Source: an uncultured Pseudomonadales bacterium
Lineage (GTDB): Bacteria; Pseudomonadota; Gammaproteobacteria; Pseudomonadales; Azotimanducaceae
Length of the DNA: 64,000 nucleotides
Direction of reading: 5' to 3'
NCBI GenBank assembly: GCA_947258825.1
Contig: CAMYJX010000004.1
Coordinates: 18,122-82,121, forward strand
Under the pieces are notes generated by a model. It worked only from the letters and a program-made list of their open reading frames with translations. It was not told where the DNA came from and searched no databases. Positions 18,775 through 31,716 of this stretch are shown in pieces (the first letter of the stretch is position 1; the number at the start of each line of letters is the position of its first letter). The translations under genes and the position numbers were made by a program.

Positions 18775-18886
18775 AGGAAAACGCCGTCGGGGAGAGTCGA
18801 TTCGGGTTGCTCGCTCCGGCTTCCTTGCCACAAACAGCCTAGGTCGATACCATCCGCCGCTTCCGCAAATCCTTGGGGGATGCGAC

Positions 18887-19357
18887 ATGAACGTGGTGGT
18901 TTATCCAGGCTCTTTCAATCCGATTACCAACGGACATACGGACCTGGTAAAGCGAGCCCTGAACCTTTTCGATCACGTCGTCGTCGCCATAGGGACATCG
19001 GCTCAGAAGGATCCTCGTGTAGATCTCAAGGATCGCATAGAGCTGTGCCGTGAGGTGGTTTCAGAATTCGGCGACAAGGTCTCGGTGGACGGTTTCAACA
19101 CGCTGCTGGTCAATTATGTCAAAACGAAAAATGCTCGCTTCATCCTGAGAGGACTGCGAACCGTCACGGATTTCGACTATGAGTTTCAGATGGCGGAGAT
19201 GAACCAGTCCCTCGATCCCGACATCGAGTACGTGTTTCTGCCAACGTCTAAAGATTGCTCGTTTATTTCTTCAACGCTGGTGCGCGAAATCGCCGCCCTG
19301 GGCGGCGACATCTCGCAATTCGTCCACCCGGCCGTAGTCAGAGCCTACGTGAAGTAG
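18887..19357 (+). CDS. coaD: Phosphopantetheine adenylyltransferase
   Basis: The internal ATG at 18887 gives MNVVVYPGSFNPITNGHTDLVKRAL...RGLRTVTDFDYEFQMAEMN...SSTLVREIA, 156 aa. Confidence 0.93.
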   Translation: MNVVVYPGSFNPITNGHTDLVKRALNLFDHVVVAIGTSAQKDPRVDLKDRIELCREVVSEFGDKVSVDGFNTLLVNYVKTKNARFILRGLRTVTDFDYEFQMAEMNQSLDPDIEYVFLPTSKDCSFISSTLVREIAALGGDISQFVHPAVVRAYVK

Positions 19358-19398
19358 AAGCCCATGGCGGGGCGCCTGCGCCTGGCGCGGGGCCGCTT

Positions 19399-19710
19399 CT
19401 AGCGGGGGGTCTGATGCCGCCCGGAAACCCGACAGCCCAAGCAGCGCATGAAGGTTTCCTGCGCCGGCTTTTTGACCAGCTCGTCCGCCGCCTCGCCAAC
19501 GCCGCCGGCCAGTGCCGTAAACGGCAGGCTCACCAGAAAGACCGCTGAACTGACCGCGGTTATCGCCACACCGAAGGGGCGGGCTACCACGAGATCCAAA
19601 GCCATCTCACCCGCGGAGGGTTGATCTACTTCAGCCGCAAATGCCCGCAGACCGGGGGTTCCGATCAATGTCAGGCAAAGCAGCATCATGCCCATTCGCT
19701 TCATTTTCAA
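19399..19710 (-). CDS. Small conserved-looking exported/membrane protein, function unknown
   Basis: 103 aa with a signal peptide (MKMKRMGMMLLCLTLIGTPGLRAFAAE), a hydrophobic segment (FGVAITAVSSAVFLVSLPFTALAGG) and a C-terminal RCLGC. I can name no family with confidence. Confidence 0.55.
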   Translation of the reverse strand: MKMKRMGMMLLCLTLIGTPGLRAFAAEVDQPSAGEMALDLVVARPFGVAITAVSSAVFLVSLPFTALAGGVGEAADELVKKPAQETFMRCLGCRVSGRHQTPR

Positions 19711-19787
19711 CGTCCTATAAGCTAAAGGTGCAACCGACAGGCACGATGCCCGTGTATCGCTAGGATATCCCTACAGCTCCTTCAACT

Positions 19788-20624
19788 CTAGCATCGATAT
19801 GACCCCAAACCTTGGGACCGTTGGCATTTCGGGCAGAAAACGGTCGCCCGCTGACCGATCCTGAGACCTTTGAGAGGCGTTTCGCAGATCTTGCACGGCT
19901 GCCCGCTCCGACCATATACGTAAAGAGACTGTTTGAAATAGCCCGGCTGACCATCCTGATTGACGAAATCACGAAGCGTGGTCCCCCCCATGTTGATGGC
20001 CTGCTGCAGCACCTCTTTGGCGGCGCCGGCGAGGCGCTCGTAGCTTGCCAGGGTAACGCGGCTTGCCCGCAGGGAGGGCCGGATTCCGGCCATGAAAAGG
20101 GCCTCGTTGGCGTAGATATTGCCAACGCCCACAACCACATGCGCATCCATCAGAAAATTCTTAACGGCAACTTTACGCCGCCGCGCAGCTGCCTTGAGGT
20201 AAGCGCCGGAAAACGCATCCGATAAGGGTTCCGGACCCAACGCCCGCAGCAACCAGTGCTCCATGACAGGATGAGGCTGCCAGTGAATGCTGCCGAACCG
20301 CCTGGGATCGTTGAAGCGCAGAACCCGTCCATCGTCAAGCAACAGGTCAACGTGGTCGTGCTTGAGCAGAGGCGCGTCCGCAGAGAGCACCCGCAGGCTT
20401 CCAGACATACCCAAATGCAGAATGAGGGCGCCCTGGTCGAATCGAATCAGAAGGTACTTGGCGCGACGTTCAACGCCGAGGATCTGCTTGTGGCGCAGGG
20501 TCCGGGGAATTTCCACCGGCCAGCGAAGCGCCGCGTTGCGGATCGTCCAGGATTTGAGATGGCGTCCGTAAAGATAGGGTTCGATCCCGCGCCTTGTGGT
20601 TTCGACTTCTGGAAGTTCAGGCAC
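19788..20624 (-). CDS. mutM: Formamidopyrimidine-DNA glycosylase
   Basis: MPELPEVETTRRGI N-terminus and a C-terminal zinc finger CKICETPL...FCPKCQ; 278 aa. Confidence 0.93.
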   Translation of the reverse strand: MPELPEVETTRRGIEPYLYGRHLKSWTIRNAALRWPVEIPRTLRHKQILGVERRAKYLLIRFDQGALILHLGMSGSLRVLSADAPLLKHDHVDLLLDDGRVLRFNDPRRFGSIHWQPHPVMEHWLLRALGPEPLSDAFSGAYLKAAARRRKVAVKNFLMDAHVVVGVGNIYANEALFMAGIRPSLRASRVTLASYERLAGAAKEVLQQAINMGGTTLRDFVNQDGQPGYFKQSLYVYGRSGQPCKICETPLKGLRIGQRATVFCPKCQRSQGLGSYRC

Positions 20625-20773
20625 CTGAGTGTGAGCCCGTTCGCCGAATCAGGACCTGAATGAGGATGGAGATAGACAGGAATCTGGCGGTGGGCGCCTG
20701 TGGTTCCTCGGCAACTTGGTCCCTGGAAGCGCCCCTGGAACCGACCGTGGAAACACGAAGCTCGCCGAAACCT

Positions 20774-20929
20774 CTACTTGATCTTTGCTTCGGTATACAG
20801 AACGTGCTTGCGGACCACCGGATCGTACTTTTTCATCTCCATCTTGTCCGGCGTGTTGCGCTTATTCTTGTCCGTGGTGTAGTAGTGACCGGTGCCGGCA
20901 CTAGAAACCAGTTTGATTTTTTCCCGCAT
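20774..20929 (-). CDS. rpmG: 50S ribosomal protein L33
   Basis: Absent from the ORF track (51 aa). My translation is [51 protein letters not shown], ending at TAG. It lies directly downstream of rpmB. Confidence 0.9.
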   Translation of the reverse strand: MREKIKLVSSAGTGHYYTTDKNKRNTPDKMEMKKYDPVVRKHVLYTEAKIK

Positions 20930-21013
20930 TGTCTGTTGTCCGTGTTATCAGTTGCTGACCAGCCGGAGCCTTGGCCGTTGGGTTTGCATTAGGACCCCGG
21001 CCGGGCGCAAGAC

Positions 21014-21250
21014 CTATACCTTTTCGCCTCTACCGCGCATTTCCGCCAGCACCTGATCGATGCCTTTCTTATCAATGATGCGCATTCCTTTGGAGGAAAC
21101 CCGCAGCCGCACGAAGCGCTTTTCGCTGTCCACCCAGAAACGATGATAGTGGAGATTTGGTGCAAAGCGGCGACGCGTCTTATTTTGCGCGTGGCTGACG
21201 TTGTTCCCAGCCATGGGCCGCTTTCCCGTCACCTGGCAGACTTGAGACAT
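21014..21250 (-). CDS. rpmB: 50S ribosomal protein L28
   Basis: [40 protein letters not shown]..., 78 aa. Confidence 0.95.
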   Translation of the reverse strand: MSQVCQVTGKRPMAGNNVSHAQNKTRRRFAPNLHYHRFWVDSEKRFVRLRVSSKGMRIIDKKGIDQVLAEMRGRGEKV

Positions 21251-21279
21251 GGCTCGATGGTCCGAAAAAAAGAGGCGCG

Positions 21280-21308
21280 TTTATACCAGAGACCCTAACA
21301 GCGGGCAA
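21280..21308 (-). promoter_or_regulatory. Candidate sigma-70 promoter for rpmB-rpmG
   Basis: The minus strand reads TTGCCC, a 17-nt spacer, then TATAAA, ending about 30 nt upstream of the rpmB ATG. This is a motif match only. Confidence 0.35.
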
Positions 21309-21332
21309 CCTCGCGGGAACCTCGCGGGAACC
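21307..21332. repeat. Direct tandem repeat, about 2.4 copies of an 11-bp unit (AACCTCGCGGG)
   Basis: Read directly: aacctcgcggg aacctcgcggg aacc, between the radC stop and the rpmB promoter candidate. Rephased as GAACCTCGCGG it matches the 5108-5156 unit GAAGCTCGCGC at 9 of 11 positions. Confidence 0.8.
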
Positions 21333-21340
21333 GACGGAGG

Positions 21341-22138
21341 TCAGACCAAGCCACGCTCCGCGAGGGAAACCGTCTGTCCGTGGCCCACGATGATGTGGTC
21401 CAGAACTCTGATTTCCAGGCGCATCAGCAGCAGCCGAAGCTCTTCGGTGAGGCGCACATCGCTGGGACTGGGCTCGGCATTACCCGAGGGGTGATTATGC
21501 GCGAGCACCACGGACGCCGCATTGTGCACCAGCGCCTGTTTGAGCACTTCCCTCGGATGCACGCTGGTGCGATCGATGGAGCCCAGAAAGAGCACTTCGA
21601 AAGCCAGCAGGCGATGACGCGTATCGAGAAACAGGCAGCCGAAGACCTCCCGATCCAGTCCGGAAAGCCTGTGCTGAAGGTAGGTGCGCACCGCCACCGT
21701 GTCAGTCAGCAGCGGGCGATGGGCGATGCCCGCCTCCGCATGGCGCGACCCCAACCCAACCACGGCTTTCAGCAACGCGATCTTGGCTGGGCCAAGTCCT
21801 CGCACATCCGCCAGCTTTCGGGGATGCGCTTCCAGCAGGGGCCGCAGACCTCCAAATCTCACCAGAAGGTTTCTGGAGAACGTCACCACATCCATGCTGC
21901 CGTCTCCCGACCCGAGGCACACGGCCAGCAGCTCGGCATCCGAAAGGTTTTCAGACCCGTGTCGGAGCAGACGCTCGCGGGGGCGTTCTCCGCTGGGCCA
22001 GCAGGTCAGCGGAACCGGGTCGGGGGAAGGTTCGTACGAAAGTTCGGACGAAGGTTCGGACGAAGGTTCGGACGAGGGTTCGGCCGGATGTCGTTCCGAA
22101 GCGGGTGGTAACCGGCGCCGCGCCATACTGATCTCCAT
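21341..22138 (-). CDS. radC: RadC-family JAB-domain protein (UPF0758) with a repeat-containing N-terminal extension
   Basis: The C-terminal part reads VLAHNHPSGNAEPSPSDVRLTEEL (JAMM-like motif) and an HhH region reads LSDAELLAVCLGSG. Start is ATG 22138 or 22126. Confidence 0.85.
   Translation of the reverse strand: MEISMARRRLPPASERHPAEPSSEPSSEPSSELSYEPSPDPVPLTCWPSGERPRERLLRHGSENLSDAELLAVCLGSGDGSMDVVTFSRNLLVRFGGLRPLLEAHPRKLADVRGLGPAKIALLKAVVGLGSRHAEAGIAHRPLLTDTVAVRTYLQHRLSGLDREVFGCLFLDTRHRLLAFEVLFLGSIDRTSVHPREVLKQALVHNAASVVLAHNHPSGNAEPSPSDVRLTEELRLLLMRLEIRVLDHIIVGHGQTVSLAERGLV
22026..22085. repeat. In-frame tandem repeat inside radC: 5 imperfect copies of a 12-bp unit (GAAGGTTCGGAC)
   Basis: Read directly. 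It encodes AEPS-SEPS-SEPS-SELS-YEPS in the RadC N-terminal region. Confidence 0.9.
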
Positions 22139-22254
22139 TTCTCTAAGCCAGTCTCCATCCCATAGGGAATCTGTTCTCTAGCGTGAGGGCTCTGGATAGG
22201 CCTTTTAGCCGATTTCCGTTAACCCGGTTGCACACCGATCGCCAAGTCGCCCCT

Positions 22255-22281
22255 AGTCATCCCAAGTCATCCCAAGTCATC
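22255..22281. repeat. Direct tandem repeat, about 2.7 copies of a 10-bp unit (AGTCATCCCA)
   Basis: Read directly in the radC/coaBC divergent intergenic region, about 60 nt upstream of the coaBC ATG. Confidence 0.8.
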
Positions 22282-22341
22282 GTAGTGGGCGCAGGTTGGT
22301 GGTGGTATCTTTGCCAAAGCTATTACCAGTCGGGAGCCGTC

Positions 22342-23676
22342 ATGGCCGATACCAAAAGCACAGGCCAGAATTCGCTTTCCGGGCGTCGGACGCTTGCCGG
22401 ACGTTGCATAATAGTTGGGATTTCCGGAGGTATCGCTGCGTACAAGACGCCGGTGCTTGTGAGACGTCTCAGGGAAGCCGGCGCAGAAGTTCAGGTTGTG
22501 ATGACAGAAAACGCTCACCAGTTCGTCACCGCAACTACCCTGCAGGCGGTTTCCGGGCGGCCGGTAAGAGACAGCCTGTGGGATGCGGCGGCCGAGGCCG
22601 CCATGGGACACATCGAGCTTGCCCGCTGGGCTGACCTGATCATCATCGCCCCAGCCACAGCCGATACCCTGAGCCGCCTGGCGGCCGGGCGGGCGGACGA
22701 CCTGCTATGCACGCTGCGCCTTGCCAGCCGCGCGCCAGTAATGCTGGCACCGGCGATGAACAACGTCATGTGGGACCATCCGGCCACCATGAGAAATCTG
22801 CAGCGGCTCACAGAGGACGGCTGCGTTGTCCTCGGCCCCGACAGCGGCCCCCAGGCCTGCGGGGAAACGGGCCCGGGCCGGATGCAGGAGCCCGAAGCGC
22901 TCTTCTCCGCCGTCAGCGATTACTGCCTTTCGTTCACCGACTGGAACAGCCTGGCTACGCCGGTTCGTTCAGGTTCCCGATCGGGCAACCTGCAGGGCAA
23001 AAGGGTTCTGATCACAGCCGGCCCGACCAGGGAGGCAATTGACCCGGTTCGCTATATAAGCAACGAGAGTTCGGGCAAGCAGGGTTACGCCCTTGCCACC
23101 GCCGCTCTTCGGGTGGGTGCCGAGGTAACCCTGATCAGCGGCCCCGTTAACCTGACACCCCCCGAGGGGGTTGAGACGATACCGGTCACCAACGCAAGAC
23201 AGATGCAGGACGAGGTACAGGCACTGCTACCGGAGGCTGATCTCTTCATCGGGGTTGCAGCCGTGGCCGATTACCGGCCTGAAGAGGCAAAAGACCAGAA
23301 AATCAAGAAGCTGCAAGGCGGTAAGAAGGGTTTGAACCTTAATCTGGTGGAAAATCCGGACATCATCGCTGGTGTTTCCAGCAGCAAGCACCGACCCTTC
23401 GTCGTCGGCTTCGCTGCAGAAACCCAGGATGCCCTCCAGAACGCCAGAGAGAAACGCAAGCGCAAGGGTATGGACATGATCGTCGTCAATGATGTCGCCA
23501 ACCCCGAAATCGGCTTCAACAGCGAAGAGAACGCGGTAACGGTCATCTGGGATGGAGGCGAGGAAAACCTGCCCCAATCCAGCAAAATGCGGCTGGCTGA
23601 AGCGATCATGGACCGGATTGTTGCCTGTTTTGTCGACCAGTTAGCGACCGCAAACCCCGAATCCGTGGCAGAGTAA
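22342..23676 (+). CDS. coaBC: Bifunctional phosphopantothenoylcysteine decarboxylase / phosphopantothenate-cysteine ligase
   Basis: The internal ATG at 22342 gives MADTKS...GRCIIVGISGGIAAYKTPVLVRRL (flavoprotein CoaC N-terminus). The CoaB half reads ITAGPTREAIDPVRYISNESSGKQG. 444 aa. Confidence 0.92.
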   Translation: MADTKSTGQNSLSGRRTLAGRCIIVGISGGIAAYKTPVLVRRLREAGAEVQVVMTENAHQFVTATTLQAVSGRPVRDSLWDAAAEAAMGHIELARWADLIIIAPATADTLSRLAAGRADDLLCTLRLASRAPVMLAPAMNNVMWDHPATMRNLQRLTEDGCVVLGPDSGPQACGETGPGRMQEPEALFSAVSDYCLSFTDWNSLATPVRSGSRSGNLQGKRVLITAGPTREAIDPVRYISNESSGKQGYALATAALRVGAEVTLISGPVNLTPPEGVETIPVTNARQMQDEVQALLPEADLFIGVAAVADYRPEEAKDQKIKKLQGGKKGLNLNLVENPDIIAGVSSSKHRPFVVGFAAETQDALQNAREKRKRKGMDMIVVNDVANPEIGFNSEENAVTVIWDGGEENLPQSSKMRLAEAIMDRIVACFVDQLATANPESVAE

Positions 23677-23707
23677 CCAACAAGCACCCGCAGACGGGGC
23701 CCTTAAG

Positions 23708-27885
<4,178 letters not shown>

Positions 27886-27918
27886 AGAAACCGCGGCCGA
27901 GGCGTTTTCAGAGCACGA

Positions 27919-28542
27919 TCAGAAGTTGGCTACCATGTCGGGGCAGTTTCCATTGAGGAATATCTCGCGGTCCTCGGCGAAGCGCTCGCGGGCGCCGACT
28001 TTTTCCCGATGGCGCTGAGCGATCTCACCGTCCAGGGTATCGATCTGAATCTGCGTGCGCTCGAGATTGTTAACCAGGATTTCGGACAGGACACCGCCCG
28101 TGCGCTCCAGCTGCGCGGCTTCCCGCTCCAGCTTTTTCTGCTCGGAGCGCAAATTCGTCAGATTGGCCTCCGCGTTTTTGATGCGGCTGTCGATGGAAGC
28201 AAGCGCCTCTTCCAGAGCACGATCGATCTCTTTCTCGTGGCTGTAGAGCGAATGCACTCTGTCAAGGTCGTCCAGGCAAGCCTGCCTCTCTCGATCATTG
28301 GCCTGTTTGATCGCCAGCTGTTCGGGGGTCAACTGCGCCGGGATCCGCTCCAGCAGGCGGCCGCTGGCGGCGTCGATGACGTCGTAGCCACCGGCTACCT
28401 TATCGGAGGGAATCGTGTGAGAAATCACCAGGCTTCCATCGGCATTCACGTAGCGGTACAGGCGAGTGTCGGCAGCCTCTACCCGAGCTGCTTGAGACAG
28501 CAACAGGCAGACTGCTATAACCATGAACTTTGACTTTCCCAT
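27919..28542 (-). CDS. DUF4124-domain exported protein with a coiled-coil C-terminal half
   Basis: The protein has a signal peptide (MGKSKFMVIAVCLLLSQAARVEA), then LYRYVNADGSLVISHTIP (DUF4124 pattern), then heptad-like Glu/Leu/Arg-rich sequence. Confidence 0.7.
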   Translation of the reverse strand: MGKSKFMVIAVCLLLSQAARVEAADTRLYRYVNADGSLVISHTIPSDKVAGGYDVIDAASGRLLERIPAQLTPEQLAIKQANDRERQACLDDLDRVHSLYSHEKEIDRALEEALASIDSRIKNAEANLTNLRSEQKKLEREAAQLERTGGVLSEILVNNLERTQIQIDTLDGEIAQRHREKVGARERFAEDREIFLNGNCPDMVANF

Positions 28543-28558
28543 ATTGATTATCTGATGC

Positions 28559-29230
28559 TTATCTCAGCGTTCCTTCGGTGAGCACGCAATGGGACCGCTG
28601 ATAGTCCCGTATCCGCTTCAATAGATCCTGCGGATAGTTGTCTCCAGGACCGCTCGAGTCAAGGTACTCAATCACATTCTGCAGGTTGAGCAGGCTGAGC
28701 ACCGGCACGCCGAGCTCCTCCTGGAGTGCCTGCACGGCGGTGCGCTCATCGGCACCCCGTTCCTGCCGATCCATGGCGATGATCACGCCCACCAGGGTGC
28801 CACCGGCATCGGATATGAGGTCGACCGCTTGCCGCACAGCGGTTCCCGCCGTCAGCACATCGTCTACCAGAAAAACCCGACTTGCTATGCTTCCACCCAC
28901 AAAAAGCCCACGTTCGCCGTGGTCCTTCTCCTCCTTTCGATTGAACCCCCAGGCAACATCCCGCCCGAGCCGGGCGAGCGCCTCGGACACGGCGACTGCA
29001 ATGGGTATGCCTTTGTAGGCGGGGCCGAATACAAGGTCGAATGAAAGCCCCGAATTCACCATGCACTGCGCATAAGACTCGGCGAGCTGCTGGGTTGCCG
29101 CACCGGTATGCAGAGCACCCAGATTGAAGAAGTAGGGACTCTGACGCCCTGATTTGAGCGTGAAATCACCGAACCGGAGCACCTCCTGATCGATCAGCAG
29201 TTTGAGTAGAGCAGACGCACCGGCGTTCAT
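28559..29230 (-). CDS. pyrE: Orotate phosphoribosyltransferase
   Basis: FGDFTLKSGRQSPYFFNLG...VFGPAYKGIPIA...VFLVDDVLTAGTAVR (PRPP-binding motif). Confidence 0.93.
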   Translation of the reverse strand: MNAGASALLKLLIDQEVLRFGDFTLKSGRQSPYFFNLGALHTGAATQQLAESYAQCMVNSGLSFDLVFGPAYKGIPIAVAVSEALARLGRDVAWGFNRKEEKDHGERGLFVGGSIASRVFLVDDVLTAGTAVRQAVDLISDAGGTLVGVIIAMDRQERGADERTAVQALQEELGVPVLSLLNLQNVIEYLDSSGPGDNYPQDLLKRIRDYQRSHCVLTEGTLR

Positions 29231-29952
29231 CAGCGCAGGTCCTGAAATGCCAACCGCTGGTGCCGGGCCAGCGACAGGGTTCCCTGTCTCGCAAGGCTTA
29301 GCATCCTTTCCAGTTCCACATCACTGAACGGCGCGCCCTCCGCCGTGCCCTGCACCTCGATGAACCCTCCCGATTCGAGCATTACCACATTCATGTCTGT
29401 TTCCGCCGTTGAGTCTTCCGCGTAGTCCAGGTCCAGCACCGGCTCACCGCGCCAGATTCCTACGGATACAGATGCCACAAACTCCCTGAACGCGTCCTGA
29501 ACCCCGATTGTTCGAAGGGCGTCTGCCATGGCCAACGCGCCACCGGTTATGGACGCCGTACGGGTACCTCCATCGGCCTGAATCACGTCGCAATCAATTC
29601 GAACGGTGCGTTCACCCAAAGCCTTCATGTCGACGACGCTGCGCAGAGATCGCCCGATGAGCCGCTGGATCTCGAGCGTGCGGCCACCCTGCTTTCCCCT
29701 CGCCGCTTCCCGGTCCGAACGGGTATGGGTTGCACCCGGCAACATGCCGTACTCGGCCGTCACCCAGCCCACGCCTTTGCCTCGAAGAAAACCCGGCACC
29801 GATTGATCGACAGAGGCGGTACAGATGACTTTGGTGTCACCAAACTCCACCAGCACGGATCCAGCGGCATGCTTGGTAAAGCCCCGGGTAAATTTCACCT
29901 GACGCATCTCATCAGGCGACCGGCCGCTGGGGCGCACAATGGCCATGGGCAA
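29230..29952 (-). CDS. rph: Ribonuclease PH
   Basis: [41 protein letters not shown]...[17 protein letters not shown]...[17 protein letters not shown]. Confidence 0.93.
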   Translation of the reverse strand: MPMAIVRPSGRSPDEMRQVKFTRGFTKHAAGSVLVEFGDTKVICTASVDQSVPGFLRGKGVGWVTAEYGMLPGATHTRSDREAARGKQGGRTLEIQRLIGRSLRSVVDMKALGERTVRIDCDVIQADGGTRTASITGGALAMADALRTIGVQDAFREFVASVSVGIWRGEPVLDLDYAEDSTAETDMNVVMLESGGFIEVQGTAEGAPFSDVELERMLSLARQGTLSLARHQRLAFQDLR

Positions 29953-30107
29953 CTCTCTTCAACAATCCGGAGGGAGCCTGCATTATAAGCGTTGGTTCGG
30001 TGTAAGAGCGATGCGCACACAGCGCTTCTGGTCAGACAGGCTTTCGGTCCGACAGCCGAACCGTTTAGGCATTAGACTCGACTTTCGATCTTCAGGTAAT
30101 ACTCACC

Positions 30108-30974
30108 ATGTTGCACAGCATGACCGGCTTCGCACGCGCTCAGGACGTTCACCAGGCGCTCGTCCTCACCTGGGAGCTGCGCAGCGTAAACCATCGCTTC
30201 CTGGAGACCCAGCTGCGCCTGCCCGAACCGCTGAGAGGCCTCGAGCATGGTCTGCGTGAAACCCTGCGCAAACATCTCAAGCGCGGCAAGGTAGATTGCA
30301 CGCTGCGGGTAGACCGAACGGAAGGCGCCTCACAGCTCGAGCTCAATCGGCCGCTGTTGCTGCAGATCCTTGCGGTTCTGGAACAGATGAGGCGCGACGC
30401 GCCGGAAGTGGTTGCCCCCAATCCCATGGATCTACTGCGCTGGCCTGGCATCCTTGGTACGGAGGCGCCCATGGAGGAAGCGGCGCTGAAGGACCCGCTC
30501 ACGGACCTGTTTGAGGCCTGCCTGACCCAGCTCATCGAACACCGACAGCGCGAAGGCAGCCAGATTCACGAAGCCATCAACCAGCGCCTGGACGAGATCG
30601 ATCGGCTGGTTGGAGAAATCAAGCGCCACAGCCTGACAATTGCTCATCAGTTCAAGACAAAGCTGCAGCAGCGGATCACCGACCTTGGCGCAGAGCTGGA
30701 GCCTGCGCGCCTGGCGCAGGAGGTGGCGTTGCTCGCGCAGCGGGCGGACATCGCCGAGGAGCTGGACCGACTCAGCATCCATGTCGAGGAGGCACGAAGC
30801 AACCTCAGAAGCCCGGGACCCCACGGTCGCCGCCTGGATTTTCTTACCCAGGAGCTGAACCGGGAGGCCAATACCCTGGGCTCGAAATCGGTGCTGGCCC
30901 AGACGTCGCAACGCGCGGTGGACCTCAAGGTCATCATCGAGCAGATCAGGGAACAGGTGCAGAACGTCGAGTAG
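30108..30974 (+). CDS. yicC: YicC-family stress-induced protein
   Basis: MLHSMTGFARA...WELRSVNHRFLE... with the C-terminal EELDRLSIHV...GRRLDFLTQELNREANTLGSKS...VDLKVIIEQIREQVQNVE. Confidence 0.88.
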   Translation: MLHSMTGFARAQDVHQALVLTWELRSVNHRFLETQLRLPEPLRGLEHGLRETLRKHLKRGKVDCTLRVDRTEGASQLELNRPLLLQILAVLEQMRRDAPEVVAPNPMDLLRWPGILGTEAPMEEAALKDPLTDLFEACLTQLIEHRQREGSQIHEAINQRLDEIDRLVGEIKRHSLTIAHQFKTKLQQRITDLGAELEPARLAQEVALLAQRADIAEELDRLSIHVEEARSNLRSPGPHGRRLDFLTQELNREANTLGSKSVLAQTSQRAVDLKVIIEQIREQVQNVE

Positions 30975-31051
30975 CGGGTTGGCCCGGTAGGCCGTCTGAC
31001 GGTCATGAGGTAAACTCGCCGACCCGTCAGAAGCCCGGCATAAATGCTTTC

Positions 31052-31672
31052 ATGACACAGGGACTCTTGTTGATTGTTTCGGCCCCCTCTGGCGCTGGCA
31101 AAACGAGCCTCGTGGCAGCGCTGCTGAAACGCGACCCCAGATTGATGGTGGCGGTTTCCCACACCACTCGTACCCGACGACCTCAGGAAAAGAACGGCGT
31201 CGACTATCACTTCGTCGACGCGGCCAGGTTCCGGAAAATGGTGGAGAACGGCGAGTTTCTGGAGCACGCCGAGGTCTTCGGCAACCACTACGGCACATCG
31301 GCGGAAGCGGTGGATCGGCAGCGTGCGGAAGGCCGGGACGTGGTCCTGGAAATCGACTTCCAGGGGGCTATTCAGATCCGCGAGCGATATCCGGAGGCAG
31401 TCAGCCTGTTCATTCTGCCGCCGTCCCAAAGCGCCCTGGAGATTCGCCTCGAGACCCGCGGCCAGGACGACGAGTCCGTGATCAGAGAGCGCCTGGCCAA
31501 TGCACGGTTGGAGATGTCCCACTACGCAGAGTACGATTATCTGATCGTCAACGATGCATTCGAGACGGCCCTGGACGACATGTGCTGCATCGTTCGCGCC
31601 GAAAGGCTGCGCCTCCGGCCACAGCGTGACCGCCTGCAGACGCTGCTGCGGGACCTCTTGTCAGAACCCTGA
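31052..31672 (+). CDS. gmk: Guanylate kinase
   Basis: LLIVSAPSGAGKTSLVAALL...VSHTTRTRRPQEKNGVDYHFV...EHAEVFGNHYGTS. Confidence 0.93.
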   Translation: MTQGLLLIVSAPSGAGKTSLVAALLKRDPRLMVAVSHTTRTRRPQEKNGVDYHFVDAARFRKMVENGEFLEHAEVFGNHYGTSAEAVDRQRAEGRDVVLEIDFQGAIQIRERYPEAVSLFILPPSQSALEIRLETRGQDDESVIRERLANARLEMSHYAEYDYLIVNDAFETALDDMCCIVRAERLRLRPQRDRLQTLLRDLLSEP

Positions 31673-31716
31673 GCCCCCGCTAAACTCGCGCGCTCGCTAA
31701 CGGATACCCCTTAGAT

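Noticed and set aside
30996-31030. Inverted repeat CTGACGG…CCGTCAG between yicC and gmk, considered as a terminator
   Set aside because: It has a 21-nt loop and no following T-run. It is too weak to call, although it may be a minor RNA structure.
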